The notes under the pieces were generated by a model. It searched no databases. It saw only the letters and a program-made list of their open reading frames with translations, and was not told where the DNA came from. A program made the translations under genes and the position numbers. Shown in pieces: positions 47,352 to 57,369 of a stretch of 64,000 bases of DNA. Source of the stretch: Thermoplasmata archaeon (GTDB lineage: Archaea; Thermoplasmatota; Thermoplasmata; RBG-16-68-12; SOIM01). The stretch spans positions 52,220-116,219 of the forward strand of contig JAGLME010000032.1 of the NCBI GenBank assembly GCA_023140195.1, in the 5' to 3' direction. Position 1 is the first letter of the stretch. Every line of letters begins with the position of its first letter.

Positions 47352-49612
47352 TCATCCTCACCCAGGACCTTCCTGAACATGAGAACCGGCTTGTCCACTT
47401 TCTTTGCTATCTGATCTGTTACCGCTCCAAAGGAGTACTTCCTCAACACCCATTGAGTTGTGGCTCCCAGCACTACCAGATCGTACTTTGCGGACTCACC
47501 CACAACTCCGCTCACCTCCGACCGTGCATGAATCACCTTCAGGTTGTGTGGAATCCCTGAGTCCTCGCACATCATCATCAAACGATTCGAGTATTCCAAG
47601 TCCTTCATCTCATCTGACTTGTCCGTTGCGATCGTAAGGATGGTTATCTCCGCACCGTGTTCTTCGGCAAGCTGTATGGCCAGCCCCGTTGCATGGGTCG
47701 CATGCCAGGAATGGCCCGAGACAACCAGAATCTTGTTGAGATTCTCGGGGAGCCCTTCGGTCTTGAAGACAATCGCATCACACCTGCTTCTCTGTATCAG
47801 ATGATCGATGTTGGAGCCCAGTATCCTTCTCCCGCTTACCGGCTTGCCCTTCCATCCCAGGACAAGTATGTCCACATCCCCTTCCTCCATCGAGTTGAGT
47901 ATGGTCTGATATGGACTGTGCCCGATCTTGATCATTGACCTTACCTTGGCGTCTTCCTTTCTGGCAATCCTCTCCAGTCTGTCCATCTTCCTGATTCTAG
48001 GATCCACCATTGAGAAGGATATCGACTTGGGGGGTGTTGCAGCAGGCACCTCATATACGTTCAGGATGTCCAGCTCTCCTCCAGCGTTTCGAGCCAGCAG
48101 GGCGCCCAAGCGGATCAAATCCTCGTTCTCAAGGTCCGATATGGGTACCAGTACCCTGAAGGTTTTCTTGTCTATTACGGCCTTCTTGGAAGCCAGCAAT
48201 TCAAACAATTCCTTTCTCTCTTCCATGTCTATCTCGGCTATTGCCCGTCTTCCACCTGTGGGATAATGGATCACCAGACCTGCAACAATCCAGACAAGCG
48301 CCAACGCCCATGCGATCTGTCCGTAGCTCCACAAGCCTTCCTCGAAGAACAGGAACCAAACTCCGATTGCCAGGGCAAGGTTCAGAATCATCCCGATTAT
48401 CGGAACCACTGGGACAAATGGAACTTTGAAACCACGGTCCAGGTCTGGCCTTTTCTTCCTGAGCGAAATCAGACATGCATTAGCGACAAAGAACAATAGA
48501 AGGAACATTATCCCTGCGGCCGCAGCCAGTATCTCTATCGCGGGAAGAAGTGCCATCAGAATGATGAAAACACCGCTCAAGATGACCGCGTTTGCGGGTG
48601 TCCTTCTCTTCTTATGCACCTTTCCCAGGGAGGTGGGGATCACCTTGTCCCTGCCCATTGCAAAAGATACCCTCGAAGAGGAGTATATGGTTGCGTTTAG
48701 AGCGGATGTTGTCGCCAGGAGCCCTCCCACGACCATTAACATGAAACCGAAGAATCCCAGAAGGTCCTGACCCGCTATCAGCATGCAGGTTTCGGAGCCA
48801 TCAACGCAATTCAACTTGGGGTAAGCGATGTAGAAAACGCTCACGTAGAGAATCACAGCAACGATGATTGATATGAATATGGCTCTTGGAATGTTCTTTT
48901 TCGGGTTCTTGACCTCCTCGCCGGATTGGGCTATGATCTCATACCCCTCGAAGGCCACGAACATCAACCCCATCGCCAAGAATATGGCGCTGAAACCGCT
49001 CGTGTAGAACTGATCATTGAAGTCACGGGCCAGTGATGGATTCAGAATGAACTGCACTACTCCCGCGACCACGAACGTTCCCAGAACGATGATCTTCGAG
49101 ACCGTTATGACACTTTCAGCCTTGCCAGTAGTCTGAGCGCCCCAGTAATTGATGAAAGTGAAGAAGAGGATAATCAGAATCGCAATGACCTTAGTGGTCC
49201 AGAAGAAGTCCGTGTTGAGAACTCCCAACTGGTCAGGTCCAAGCAGATAAGCTACAAAACCTCCGAAACCAGCCGCATAAAGAGAACATGCGATCATGGC
49301 CGCCGTCCATGACATCCAACCACTGAGGAATCCCGCGGGTGCAGGAAGTCCCTCTCTCGCCCAAAGGTAAACTCCACCAGCCTGCGGAAAGCAAGAACCG
49401 AGCTCTGCGTATGTCATCGCCGTGATGAAGGTCACAACGCCGTTCAGGGCGAGCGCAATAATTGCAGCGGAATACGCCACCTCCTTGGCCGCGCCCATGA
49501 GGACGAAGATGCCAGCCCCGATCATGGCGCCTATGCCGATCATGGTGATGTCGAAGAGTCCGAGGTCCCGACTGAGGGTAATCTCGGTCCTTGATACTCG
49601 GTCCTGTGCCAT
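47348..49612 (-). CDS. Amino acid/polyamine (APC superfamily) permease fused to two C-terminal universal stress protein (UspA) domains
   Basis: About 12 TM APC core (GAMIGAGIFVLMG) followed by two USP-like alpha/beta domains (ILVVSGHSW...DLVVLGATTQ). Confidence 0.85.
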   Translation of the reverse strand: MAQDRVSRTEITLSRDLGLFDITMIGIGAMIGAGIFVLMGAAKEVAYSAAIIALALNGVVTFITAMTYAELGSCFPQAGGVYLWAREGLPAPAGFLSGWMSWTAAMIACSLYAAGFGGFVAYLLGPDQLGVLNTDFFWTTKVIAILIILFFTFINYWGAQTTGKAESVITVSKIIVLGTFVVAGVVQFILNPSLARDFNDQFYTSGFSAIFLAMGLMFVAFEGYEIIAQSGEEVKNPKKNIPRAIFISIIVAVILYVSVFYIAYPKLNCVDGSETCMLIAGQDLLGFFGFMLMVVGGLLATTSALNATIYSSSRVSFAMGRDKVIPTSLGKVHKKRRTPANAVILSGVFIILMALLPAIEILAAAAGIMFLLLFFVANACLISLRKKRPDLDRGFKVPFVPVVPIIGMILNLALAIGVWFLFFEEGLWSYGQIAWALALVWIVAGLVIHYPTGGRRAIAEIDMEERKELFELLASKKAVIDKKTFRVLVPISDLENEDLIRLGALLARNAGGELDILNVYEVPAATPPKSISFSMVDPRIRKMDRLERIARKEDAKVRSMIKIGHSPYQTILNSMEEGDVDILVLGWKGKPVSGRRILGSNIDHLIQRSRCDAIVFKTEGLPENLNKILVVSGHSWHATHATGLAIQLAEEHGAEITILTIATDKSDEMKDLEYSNRLMMMCEDSGIPHNLKVIHARSEVSGVVGESAKYDLVVLGATTQWVLRKYSFGAVTDQIAKKVDKPVLMFRKVLGEDD

Positions 49613-49700
49613 TCCCCGAAAGTATGGGTCGGCAATAGATAAGTCTTTTCTGAGGTTGGCTGGTAAGTTTATTTACGTAAATGACTATTGAGAGAGCGGG

Positions 49701-50705
49701 ATGAACGCCAAGGAGGCCCTGCCCAGATATTTCCGTGTTCTGGACGAGAAGGAACTGCCCTATTACATGATATGCAAGGGGGTTCCAGTGCGGTCATCTT
49801 TGGATTCTGAGACATACCTGCTTTGGGAGGAGCACGCAGAGCTTGTGGAGAAGGTCAGATCGATCAGGGTGCCCTCCCCGGTTGCTGAGACGAACCTGCT
49901 GGATCTGAAGATCGAGCTTGCGAGAAGGATGCTAAATCCCTGCCGTCTCTGCGAAAGGAAATGCAACGTGAACAGGTTGGATGGGGAGGCGGGGTACTGC
50001 AGGGTCAAGGAGTCCAAGGTCTCATCCAAGTTCGTGCACTGGGGCGAGGAGCCGGAGCTTGTGCCTTCGTACACCATCTTCTTCTCCAGATGCACCTTCG
50101 AATGCGTTTTCTGTCAGAACTGGGACATAAGCCAGAGGGATACTGGACAATACATTTCAACGGACGATCTGGCAAACTCGGTGGAGAGGATGTTAGGAGG
50201 CGTGCGGAACGTTAACTGGGTAGGTGGGGATCCAACACCAAATCTGGTCTACATTCTGGAGGTTCTGAAGAGCTGCAACGCCAACATACCCCAAGTCTGG
50301 AACTCGAACATGTACCTGACCGAAGATGCAATGGCTCTCTTGGATTGCATCACGGATGTGTACCTTGCTGACTTCAAGTATGGAAATGACAAGTGTGCTG
50401 GAAGACTATCCCGGATAACGAGATACTTCGAGGTCGTTTCAAGGAATCATGCGATTGCCAATAAGCAAGCTGGGATCGTCTTGAGGCACCTGGTTCTGCC
50501 TGGTCATATTGAGTGCTGTACGAAACCAATAATGGATTGGATCGCGGAGAACCTGGATACATCTCGAATAAGGGTAAATGTGATGGACCAGTACCGTCCA
50601 GAGTACAAAGCCAGAGATTTCGAAAGATTGGAGAAGCGTCTGTCCCACAAGGAGTTCCTTCAGGCATATCGTTATGCCGAGGGTCTAGGTCTGAACATCA
50701 TCTGA
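49701..50705 (+). CDS. Radical SAM protein, PflX-like (COG1313; pyruvate-formate-lyase-activating-enzyme-related)
   Basis: N-terminal CxxC..C..C (CRLCERKCNVNRL...YCRV) and a radical SAM CX3CX2C (FSRCTFECVFCQNWD). Confidence 0.75.
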   Translation: MNAKEALPRYFRVLDEKELPYYMICKGVPVRSSLDSETYLLWEEHAELVEKVRSIRVPSPVAETNLLDLKIELARRMLNPCRLCERKCNVNRLDGEAGYCRVKESKVSSKFVHWGEEPELVPSYTIFFSRCTFECVFCQNWDISQRDTGQYISTDDLANSVERMLGGVRNVNWVGGDPTPNLVYILEVLKSCNANIPQVWNSNMYLTEDAMALLDCITDVYLADFKYGNDKCAGRLSRITRYFEVVSRNHAIANKQAGIVLRHLVLPGHIECCTKPIMDWIAENLDTSRIRVNVMDQYRPEYKARDFERLEKRLSHKEFLQAYRYAEGLGLNII

Positions 50706-53700
50706 TTCCTCCAATGATTGTCCCTCAGCATCAACGTTATCGGGTTCATCCTCTTTGTCAGAATCCCTCGTTTTCCTATACCAGAGGTAGGGAATTAGAA
50801 GTAAGACAACAGCGACTATGATAACCAGAATCACCACAGGATACAGCAACACCGGGGGACCATCAGGGTGAGGGTGACAGCTTCCCGTTTGGACAGTCGT
50901 GTATGATGGTATGAAGTCGGTTTCGTTGGATGACACGACAAGATTGTATGCCCCACCACACTCGACACTGTCTGGAATAACGAATGTGGTTGTGATGATT
51001 CCATTCTCTCCGCTGACAGTGAAGGCTTCTGTACCGACTAACGTCGTGTCGAGGCTCTCAAGTCGAAGAATCAATTCGACACCTTCGACCCCTTGTTCTG
51101 ACCCAACCTCGCGCACCCAACCATCGACAAGGATTTCCTCTCCTCCATCGATCCTCTGGCCCTCAGTTGGGTTGTAGACTGACACGTAGATGTTTGTGGG
51201 AGTCGGATTGTAGGTTTCCTGGACATAGAACGTTTCATCCAGCGAAGCCCAATTTCCACTTGAATCCACTGCCCATATCGTCACGTTGTAGTATCCAGCC
51301 AAAGGATATATCTGGCCGAAGTAGTACGGCGTCCCTGGATTCATGCTGTTGTTGGACACCTGCAGATTCGGATCCTCAATGACGATCCAAACACCCGTGA
51401 GTTCGTAGTTGTCGGTGACAATAGCAGAAATGTTGACGTATTCGTCTTGTTCAGGATTAGTGGGAACGTATCCCCAATTGTCTATTGTGGGTGGCGTCAA
51501 GTCCACCACTTGGAACTGCCCCGTCGTCCAATTCCAGTTCCCGGAGGAATCTACCGCCCACACCGTCATGTTGTAATATCCAGCCATGGGGTATATTTGG
51601 CCGAAATAGTAAGGCGTCCCTGGATTCATGCTGTTGTTGGACACTTGCAGATTCGGATCCTCAATGACGATCCAAACACCCGAGAGCTCATAGTTGTCCG
51701 CTACAATGGCAGAGATGTTTATGTAGTCGTCTTGTTCGGGGTTAGTAGGACTGGATTCAAGATTGATAATTGTGGGTGGCGTCAAGTCCACCACTTGGAA
51801 CTGTCCCGTCGTCCAATTCCAGTTCCCAGAGGAATCCACTGCCGATATATTGAAATCATAGGTTCCAAGCACATCCCAATTGCTGACATTGTAGAATCTG
51901 GTTCCCAACGAGTCCAGAGTCGTGTTGATCGGAGGCAATATAGGGGGCGTGAACTCGATCCTAGCGCCGAACACTCCAAAATCGTCGAAGACATCAGCTG
52001 ATATGTTGATGCTGTTGAACACCTCCAGTGGGGAAGGAATCTGAGTGAGGTTCTCTATGACGGGTGGTTGTGTATCCGGTGCAAGTGCGGTCCTGAAGCT
52101 CCAGCTGTAGAGCGAAGCCAAACTGTTACCTGGGTCTGAATCGTCAGTTGCTAGTGTTGTAAAGTTCGCTGTATACCAACTGGCAACAGCCAGGTCAAAG
52201 TCCGGGTTGAACGAAAAGACTGTACCCATCCAGCTCATTTGCCCAGTAACCGTTGTCCAAGAGGCATTGTCCTTGAGGGAGAACGATACGTTCGTTATCG
52301 GCATGTTCATCAGTTCGCTCCAGGTCGACTGCAGTAGAGCATTCGTTGGTACATTCTGTGTCCCGTCCGACGGAGCTACCGAGATTACGATAGGTCGCGT
52401 CGAATCGATCTCGAACACGGTGCTTGTTCCCGAACCAGTTGCACCTTCTGAGTCCACCACCTCAGCCTCAATGTACGCCGTGGTTGAGTCCACCATCGGC
52501 AAAGTCCAGAGATATGGTGAGGAGTCCCCAGCGATTGGCCCCACTATCGGAAGCCAAGGAGCACCCCCGTTCAGAGAGTAGTTGAGCCAGACTTGAAGAG
52601 AAGAGGACGGATTCTCCGTATCGGAAGCAGTGAAAGAGACGAAATGGTTCGAATTGCCAGTCCAGACTTCTCCACCTGCAGGTATGTCCACCAACACTGT
52701 CGGTGCTACGTTCTGGGTTTCAGTCGTGAACGAGAAGCTCAGCATGCTATCAAGCGGATTTCCTGGTGAAGAAGCATCCACAGCGGTCTGAAGAAGAGTC
52801 ACGAAATATGTTTGGCCATACAAGAATGAGTTGTGAGTCCCGGTAAGGTTGTCATTCGGATAGGTGATCGAGGACCATGCCCAAGACCATCCGAATGGAT
52901 TTGGTATCACGCCCATGGATGATATGACCGAGTTAGTGTCCATACCCTCATTGAATTGGATGAAAATAGGCTGATCAATTGGCATATCAATGGCCCCGTT
53001 CTCGGGAATCGTATAGAGCACGTTCGGAGGCGTCGAATCGATATCTGAGATCATTATCTCATCCCAGTTCACCAGACCTCCCGGGTCAAAGACCGTTAGG
53101 TTGATTGTCGCATCAGTCGCGTCGATCGATGGCGTTGTCCAAAGATAAGAGTTCGGATTTGCAGTTCCAGCCATGGGTCCCGCGATGGTGCCCGTTGAAG
53201 CTCCAGTGTTGTAGCTGTAGTTGAGATAGACGAGGAGGTTGGAGTTAGGGCTGTCGTCGCTCATGTTCCACCAAATGGTGTGAGCGGTATTGCCCGTCCA
53301 ATTCTGGAGACCTGTAGGATAACTGAATGAGACCTGTGGTCTGAAAACTGGCGGTGCTCCCTGCTTGTAGACGCGCACTCCTGACGTGCTTGTGGCAGCT
53401 ATGTCTTGTACCCCATCATTGTCCATATCTCCGAAGTCCACTCCCCAGTACTTTCCCGTGGTGGGAATCCCTGACACTCCCGGATTGGACCAGATCATCG
53501 AACCGCTTGCTCCCCCATTACCTCTCATATATCCAATACCTGTCGCCCCCGCGTTATCCACGCTCGTGAAGATCAGGTCAGAGTTGCCATCGAGGTTGGT
53601 GTCGCCAATATCCACTCCACCGAACCGACCTGTCGCCGGGAGACCGGTATCTGCTGGTGTCCAGATCATGGTTCCTCCAGCTCCTCCGTTGCCCAGCCAA

Positions 53701-55700
53701 ACATGCATTCCTTCCCATCCTGCAGTGAACCCAGTACCGACAAGATCGGGATTCCCGTCATGATCAACATCAGCGAAATCGAGGCCCAGCCAGACGTTGG
53801 TTGTTGGCAACCCTGTATCATTCCTCGTCCAGCTCCCTGGTAGACCAGTTCCATCCCCGGTCCAGAGTTGAGTGCCCAGGTTGTTCATCGCGCTGGCGGC
53901 AAAATCCAGATGGCCGTCATGGTTGACGTCCGCAACTGCAACATCATCCACGTTTATGATCTCTCCAGGCGGCCCCATGTCCGTGGTCCAAGTGAAATCC
54001 CCGTTCCCCAAGTAGATCATCGGACCCCAGTTGTTCTCCCAGTATCCGGTTATCACGTCTAGATTGCCATCATGGTTAAGATCGACGAGCTCCAATCCCG
54101 CACCAGACTCTGCGGCAACCAGCCCCATCTCGGTCCATGACCCAGCCCCATCTCCGCTGTATGCATGGATTCCGTTGCTTCCTCCGCCGCCGTCTTGGGC
54201 GACTATCAGATCCATCGTCCCATCGTGGTCAATGTCCGCGAACCTCAAACCGCTGAAGTCCCCTGATGTTGGCAGGCCATTTGAGGCGAGCGTCCAAACA
54301 CCGGTGCCATCCCCCAGGAAGACCCTGATCCCTTGGTTTTGTCCCTGGAAGCTTGTGATGCCGATGTCAAGTCTTCCGTCGTGATTCACATCTGAGAACT
54401 GAACATCCGCCCATGTATTGAGCGTGGGCAGGTTGATTGAAGCTGAAACGTACGAGTCAATGATGAAATCGGCTCTGTCGTTCTGCCATATCTCGACACC
54501 TTGACTAAGGCCTGCTACGAAGTCGATTTTTCCGTCGTTGTTGTAGTCTCCAGCATCCACGGCTAGGTAGCTTCCGGCTGGAAGTCCCGTGGAGGTCTCT
54601 GTCCAGTCCATTGTTCCTCCGTCGCCGCCGTCGCCCAACCAAGACCTCAATCCTCCGCCGAAGTAACGCCCTGCGAATATGTCCAGATCTCCGTCGTCGT
54701 CGATGTCTTCCAGTGCAACCCCGAGCCATGAGAACGTGTTCGTCTCAAGTCCGGCTGAGTTCTCGGTCCAGACCATCGATCCTCCGGCGCCTCCGTTGCC
54801 GAGCCAGACCCTTACCCCGTTGCCCGAATAATAGGCGGTCGAGACCACATCCAAGTTTCCATCGAGGTTGACGTCACCGAGATCGACGCTGGCGTAGGGC
54901 TCCGTTTCCGGCAGACCTGTCCCCGTGTAAGCGTCGGTCCATAATGCCGAAGGGCCACTGAGCCCGTTCCCGGTCCACGCCTTTATTCCGTTGTTTCTGT
55001 CCGCACAGACGATGTCGGGCTTGCCATCGTGGTCAATGTCCCCCACAGCAGGCTTCCAGAAGGCCCCTATCGCAGGAAGGCCTGTGGATGATTCTGTCCA
55101 TACAATGCTCCCACCGGCACCGCCATCTCCCGTGTAGACGTGAACCCCGTTGTCGTCACCTGCGATAATGTCCATCTTGCCATCGAGGTTCATATCCGCG
55201 GCGGTTGCAGAGAACCATGATCCTGGGTCGCTGTCAAAGGTCCATGTCATCGAACCCCCCGCACCCCCATCTCCGAGATACACTCCATCGCCAGCCAGGT
55301 CCAAGTTCCCATCGTTGTTGAAGTCTGCCAGAATGACCTCATATGAATTCCCCGCAGGGATCCCGGTGGACTCCTCTGAAAAGGACCCAGCTCCATCGCT
55401 GACATAGACATGCATCCAACCCGTGGCTGTGGCCGCGGCTACGTCCAGGTTGCCGTCGTTATTGACATCTCCATATTCTACGGTGTAGAACTCTCCGGTC
55501 GATGGGAGCCCGTTGGTGATAGGCGTCCAGTGACTCTCTATGGGCTCGGAAAGATGGGGAACAACATCGTTCAATGTACTGCTAGATGGACTTTCAAGTG
55601 CAGGAAGCAAGGCACTGGCTGCAAACAAGCAACAGATCAAGATTGCCATTGCTCTGGGCGAGCTTGCCCACAATCGGCTCGTGCGTTTGCGTATGCCCAT
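50685..55700 (-). CDS. Giant (1671 aa) secreted cell-surface protein. It has a signal peptide, at least 13 FG-GAP/integrin-alpha-type beta-propeller repeats (D-x-[DN]-x-D-G-x-x-D), then tandem Ig/fibronectin-like domains, then a C-terminal TM anchor with an acidic cytoplasmic tail.
   Basis: Signal peptide MAILICCLFAASALLPA. Repeats such as DFNNDGNLDLAG, DVNHDGRLDIG, DIDHDGTMDLIV. C-terminal LLYPVVILVIIVAVVLLLIPYLWYRK plus a DE-rich tail. Confidence 0.85.
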   Translation of the reverse strand: MGIRKRTSRLWASSPRAMAILICCLFAASALLPALESPSSSTLNDVVPHLSEPIESHWTPITNGLPSTGEFYTVEYGDVNNDGNLDVAAATATGWMHVYVSDGAGSFSEESTGIPAGNSYEVILADFNNDGNLDLAGDGVYLGDGGAGGSMTWTFDSDPGSWFSATAADMNLDGKMDIIAGDDNGVHVYTGDGGAGGSIVWTESSTGLPAIGAFWKPAVGDIDHDGKPDIVCADRNNGIKAWTGNGLSGPSALWTDAYTGTGLPETEPYASVDLGDVNLDGNLDVVSTAYYSGNGVRVWLGNGGAGGSMVWTENSAGLETNTFSWLGVALEDIDDDGDLDIFAGRYFGGGLRSWLGDGGDGGTMDWTETSTGLPAGSYLAVDAGDYNNDGKIDFVAGLSQGVEIWQNDRADFIIDSYVSASINLPTLNTWADVQFSDVNHDGRLDIGITSFQGQNQGIRVFLGDGTGVWTLASNGLPTSGDFSGLRFADIDHDGTMDLIVAQDGGGGSNGIHAYSGDGAGSWTEMGLVAAESGAGLELVDLNHDGNLDVITGYWENNWGPMIYLGNGDFTWTTDMGPPGEIINVDDVAVADVNHDGHLDFAASAMNNLGTQLWTGDGTGLPGSWTRNDTGLPTTNVWLGLDFADVDHDGNPDLVGTGFTAGWEGMHVWLGNGGAGGTMIWTPADTGLPATGRFGGVDIGDTNLDGNSDLIFTSVDNAGATGIGYMRGNGGASGSMIWSNPGVSGIPTTGKYWGVDFGDMDNDGVQDIAATSTSGVRVYKQGAPPVFRPQVSFSYPTGLQNWTGNTAHTIWWNMSDDSPNSNLLVYLNYSYNTGASTGTIAGPMAGTANPNSYLWTTPSIDATDATINLTVFDPGGLVNWDEIMISDIDSTPPNVLYTIPENGAIDMPIDQPIFIQFNEGMDTNSVISSMGVIPNPFGWSWAWSSITYPNDNLTGTHNSFLYGQTYFVTLLQTAVDASSPGNPLDSMLSFSFTTETQNVAPTVLVDIPAGGEVWTGNSNHFVSFTASDTENPSSSLQVWLNYSLNGGAPWLPIVGPIAGDSSPYLWTLPMVDSTTAYIEAEVVDSEGATGSGTSTVFEIDSTRPIVISVAPSDGTQNVPTNALLQSTWSELMNMPITNVSFSLKDNASWTTVTGQMSWMGTVFSFNPDFDLAVASWYTANFTTLATDDSDPGNSLASLYSWSFRTALAPDTQPPVIENLTQIPSPLEVFNSINISADVFDDFGVFGARIEFTPPILPPINTTLDSLGTRFYNVSNWDVLGTYDFNISAVDSSGNWNWTTGQFQVVDLTPPTIINLESSPTNPEQDDYINISAIVADNYELSGVWIVIEDPNLQVSNNSMNPGTPYYFGQIYPMAGYYNMTVWAVDSSGNWNWTTGQFQVVDLTPPTIDNWGYVPTNPEQDEYVNISAIVTDNYELTGVWIVIEDPNLQVSNNSMNPGTPYYFGQIYPLAGYYNVTIWAVDSSGNWASLDETFYVQETYNPTPTNIYVSVYNPTEGQRIDGGEEILVDGWVREVGSEQGVEGVELILRLESLDTTLVGTEAFTVSGENGIITTTFVIPDSVECGGAYNLVVSSNETDFIPSYTTVQTGSCHPHPDGPPVLLYPVVILVIIVAVVLLLIPYLWYRKTRDSDKEDEPDNVDAEGQSLEESDDVQT
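51230..51830. repeat. Two near-identical 285-bp tandem repeats (with a third diverged copy upstream) inside the FG-GAP protein gene, encoding 95-aa Ig-like modules (AVDSSGNWNWTTGQFQVVDLTPPTI...)
   Basis: Long near-identical DNA blocks at about 51313-51560 and 51598-51845. Shadow ORFs on the opposite strand repeat the same peptide. Confidence 0.65.
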
Positions 55701-55719
55701 CGTTTCAATCCTCCGGGGC

Positions 55720-55968
55720 TTATAGGTTCTCTTCTTCTGATTCTGACGCGATCAGAGTCGTAGTGGTCGAAACACCCTCGATGTTCCGAATGCGCTCCAA
55801 AACGATTTCGCTCAATTCATTTAAATCATTCGATTCCAGTCTCGCGATTATATCATAATGCCCGAAGACCATCTGGATTCCCTTTACTTCGGACAGGTTC
55901 GTGAGACCGTCGAAAACCGCTCTCTCCTTCCCCGCACCAACCGTTATCAAAACGAACCCGTTGACCAT
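55720..55968 (-). CDS. Stand-alone Lrp/AsnC-type RAM (regulation of amino acid metabolism) ligand-binding domain protein. Internal start MVNGFVLITV... is preferred.
   Basis: Beta-alpha-beta-beta-alpha-beta RAM-like pattern (VLITVGAGKERAVFDGL...VFGHYDIIARLESNDLNELSEIVLERIRNIEGV). 19 bp upstream of the giant surface-protein gene. Confidence 0.6.
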   Translation of the reverse strand: MVNGFVLITVGAGKERAVFDGLTNLSEVKGIQMVFGHYDIIARLESNDLNELSEIVLERIRNIEGVSTTTTLIASESEEENL

Positions 55969-56058
55969 TGACTCCCCATATTGTATGTTCGGATGACCAT
56001 TAATAAGTTTTTCTATGGTCAGGATGACCATTGAACGTCATGGCTTTGTCGCAGCGGC

Positions 56059-57369
56059 CTAAACTCGGGTGTGAACGATCTCGCCCCGCTTGATGACCAT
56101 GTCCACATGATTTGACGCGAAACGATAGGGGATCTGTTCGTGGTTCTCTATGTCCAGTATTATGATGTCACCCTGTTTTCCGGTTTCCAGCGAGCCAACA
56201 TCACGGGCCCTTCCTGTGGCATGGGCCGCGTTGATGGTCGACGCCACTACGGCCTCAGCCGGGAACATCCTCATCTTGTAGCATGCGAGGGAGATCATGA
56301 ACTGCATCGACTTGGTCCAGCAATTAGGGTTGAAATCAGTTGCAAGGGCCACCGGAAGTCCCAGATCTATCATCCTCCTCGCATCCGCGTAGCCGATGTT
56401 CGTGGAGAACGAGGTCCCGGGGAGCAGTACACCCACGACATTCGCTTCTGCCATCTGGCCTATCCCGCCGTCCGATGACTTCTCAAGATGGTCCGCCGAG
56501 ATCGCGCCCACCTCCGCTGCGAGATTCGCACCCCCCACATCACTCAGTTCATCCGCGTGCAACTTGGGAACCAGACCGTACGTCTTACCCTCCTCAAGGA
56601 TCGCCCTTGACTGCTCAACGTCGAAGAAACCTTCTTCACAGAACACGTCGCAAAAATCGGCAAGTTCCTCGTCAGCAACTCTCGGTATCATCCTATCAAT
56701 CACCTGGTCCACATAGCCTTCGGGATGGTCCTTGAACTCAGGGGGAATTGCATGTGCGCCAAGGAAGGTCGTTGAGACGTCCGCCTTGTGCTCCTCGGAC
56801 AAAGCTCTGGCAACCTCGAGGATCATCATCTCGGCCTCAACATTCAATCCGTATCCGCTCTTGACCTCAATGCTGGTCGTCCCATGGCGCATCATGATGT
56901 CAAGTCTATTACTCGCCAAGGCCAGGAGCTCGTCGCTCGAAGCTTCTCGAGTGGCATTCACGGTGCTCAATATGCCGCCACCTTTGGATGCGATATCAAT
57001 GTAGGACGCACCCTCGATCTTCCAGCGAAGTTCGTTCTCTCTTGATCCAGCAAAAACCAGGTGGGTGTGAGGGTCCACGAAACCAGGCATGACCGTCTTT
57101 CCAGCTGCATCTATGATTATGGCATTATCAGTGTCAACTGAGGCCAAAACCTCCTTTCTTGGACCGACTTCCGAGATGATTCCGTTCTTGATCACGAGTG
57201 CCGCTTCCTTCATGATGCCAATGTCCTGAAGCGACTCACCTCTTCTGGGCTTCCTGTTGTTCCCGGCGACCGTTATCATCTCATTTGGGTTGTCTATGAC
57301 AAGCAATCCGCTTCCCTCTGGAGTACCCTTCCTGGCCTGCATGACCTTGTGTGCCATTCTGCTAGCCAT
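56059..57369 (-). CDS. Amidohydrolase-superfamily enzyme, imidazolonepropionase (HutI)-like
   Basis: Metal-binding HxH (FVDPHTHLVF) and the conserved amidohydrolase fold. Confidence 0.75.
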   Translation of the reverse strand: MASRMAHKVMQARKGTPEGSGLLVIDNPNEMITVAGNNRKPRRGESLQDIGIMKEAALVIKNGIISEVGPRKEVLASVDTDNAIIIDAAGKTVMPGFVDPHTHLVFAGSRENELRWKIEGASYIDIASKGGGILSTVNATREASSDELLALASNRLDIMMRHGTTSIEVKSGYGLNVEAEMMILEVARALSEEHKADVSTTFLGAHAIPPEFKDHPEGYVDQVIDRMIPRVADEELADFCDVFCEEGFFDVEQSRAILEEGKTYGLVPKLHADELSDVGGANLAAEVGAISADHLEKSSDGGIGQMAEANVVGVLLPGTSFSTNIGYADARRMIDLGLPVALATDFNPNCWTKSMQFMISLACYKMRMFPAEAVVASTINAAHATGRARDVGSLETGKQGDIIILDIENHEQIPYRFASNHVDMVIKRGEIVHTRV

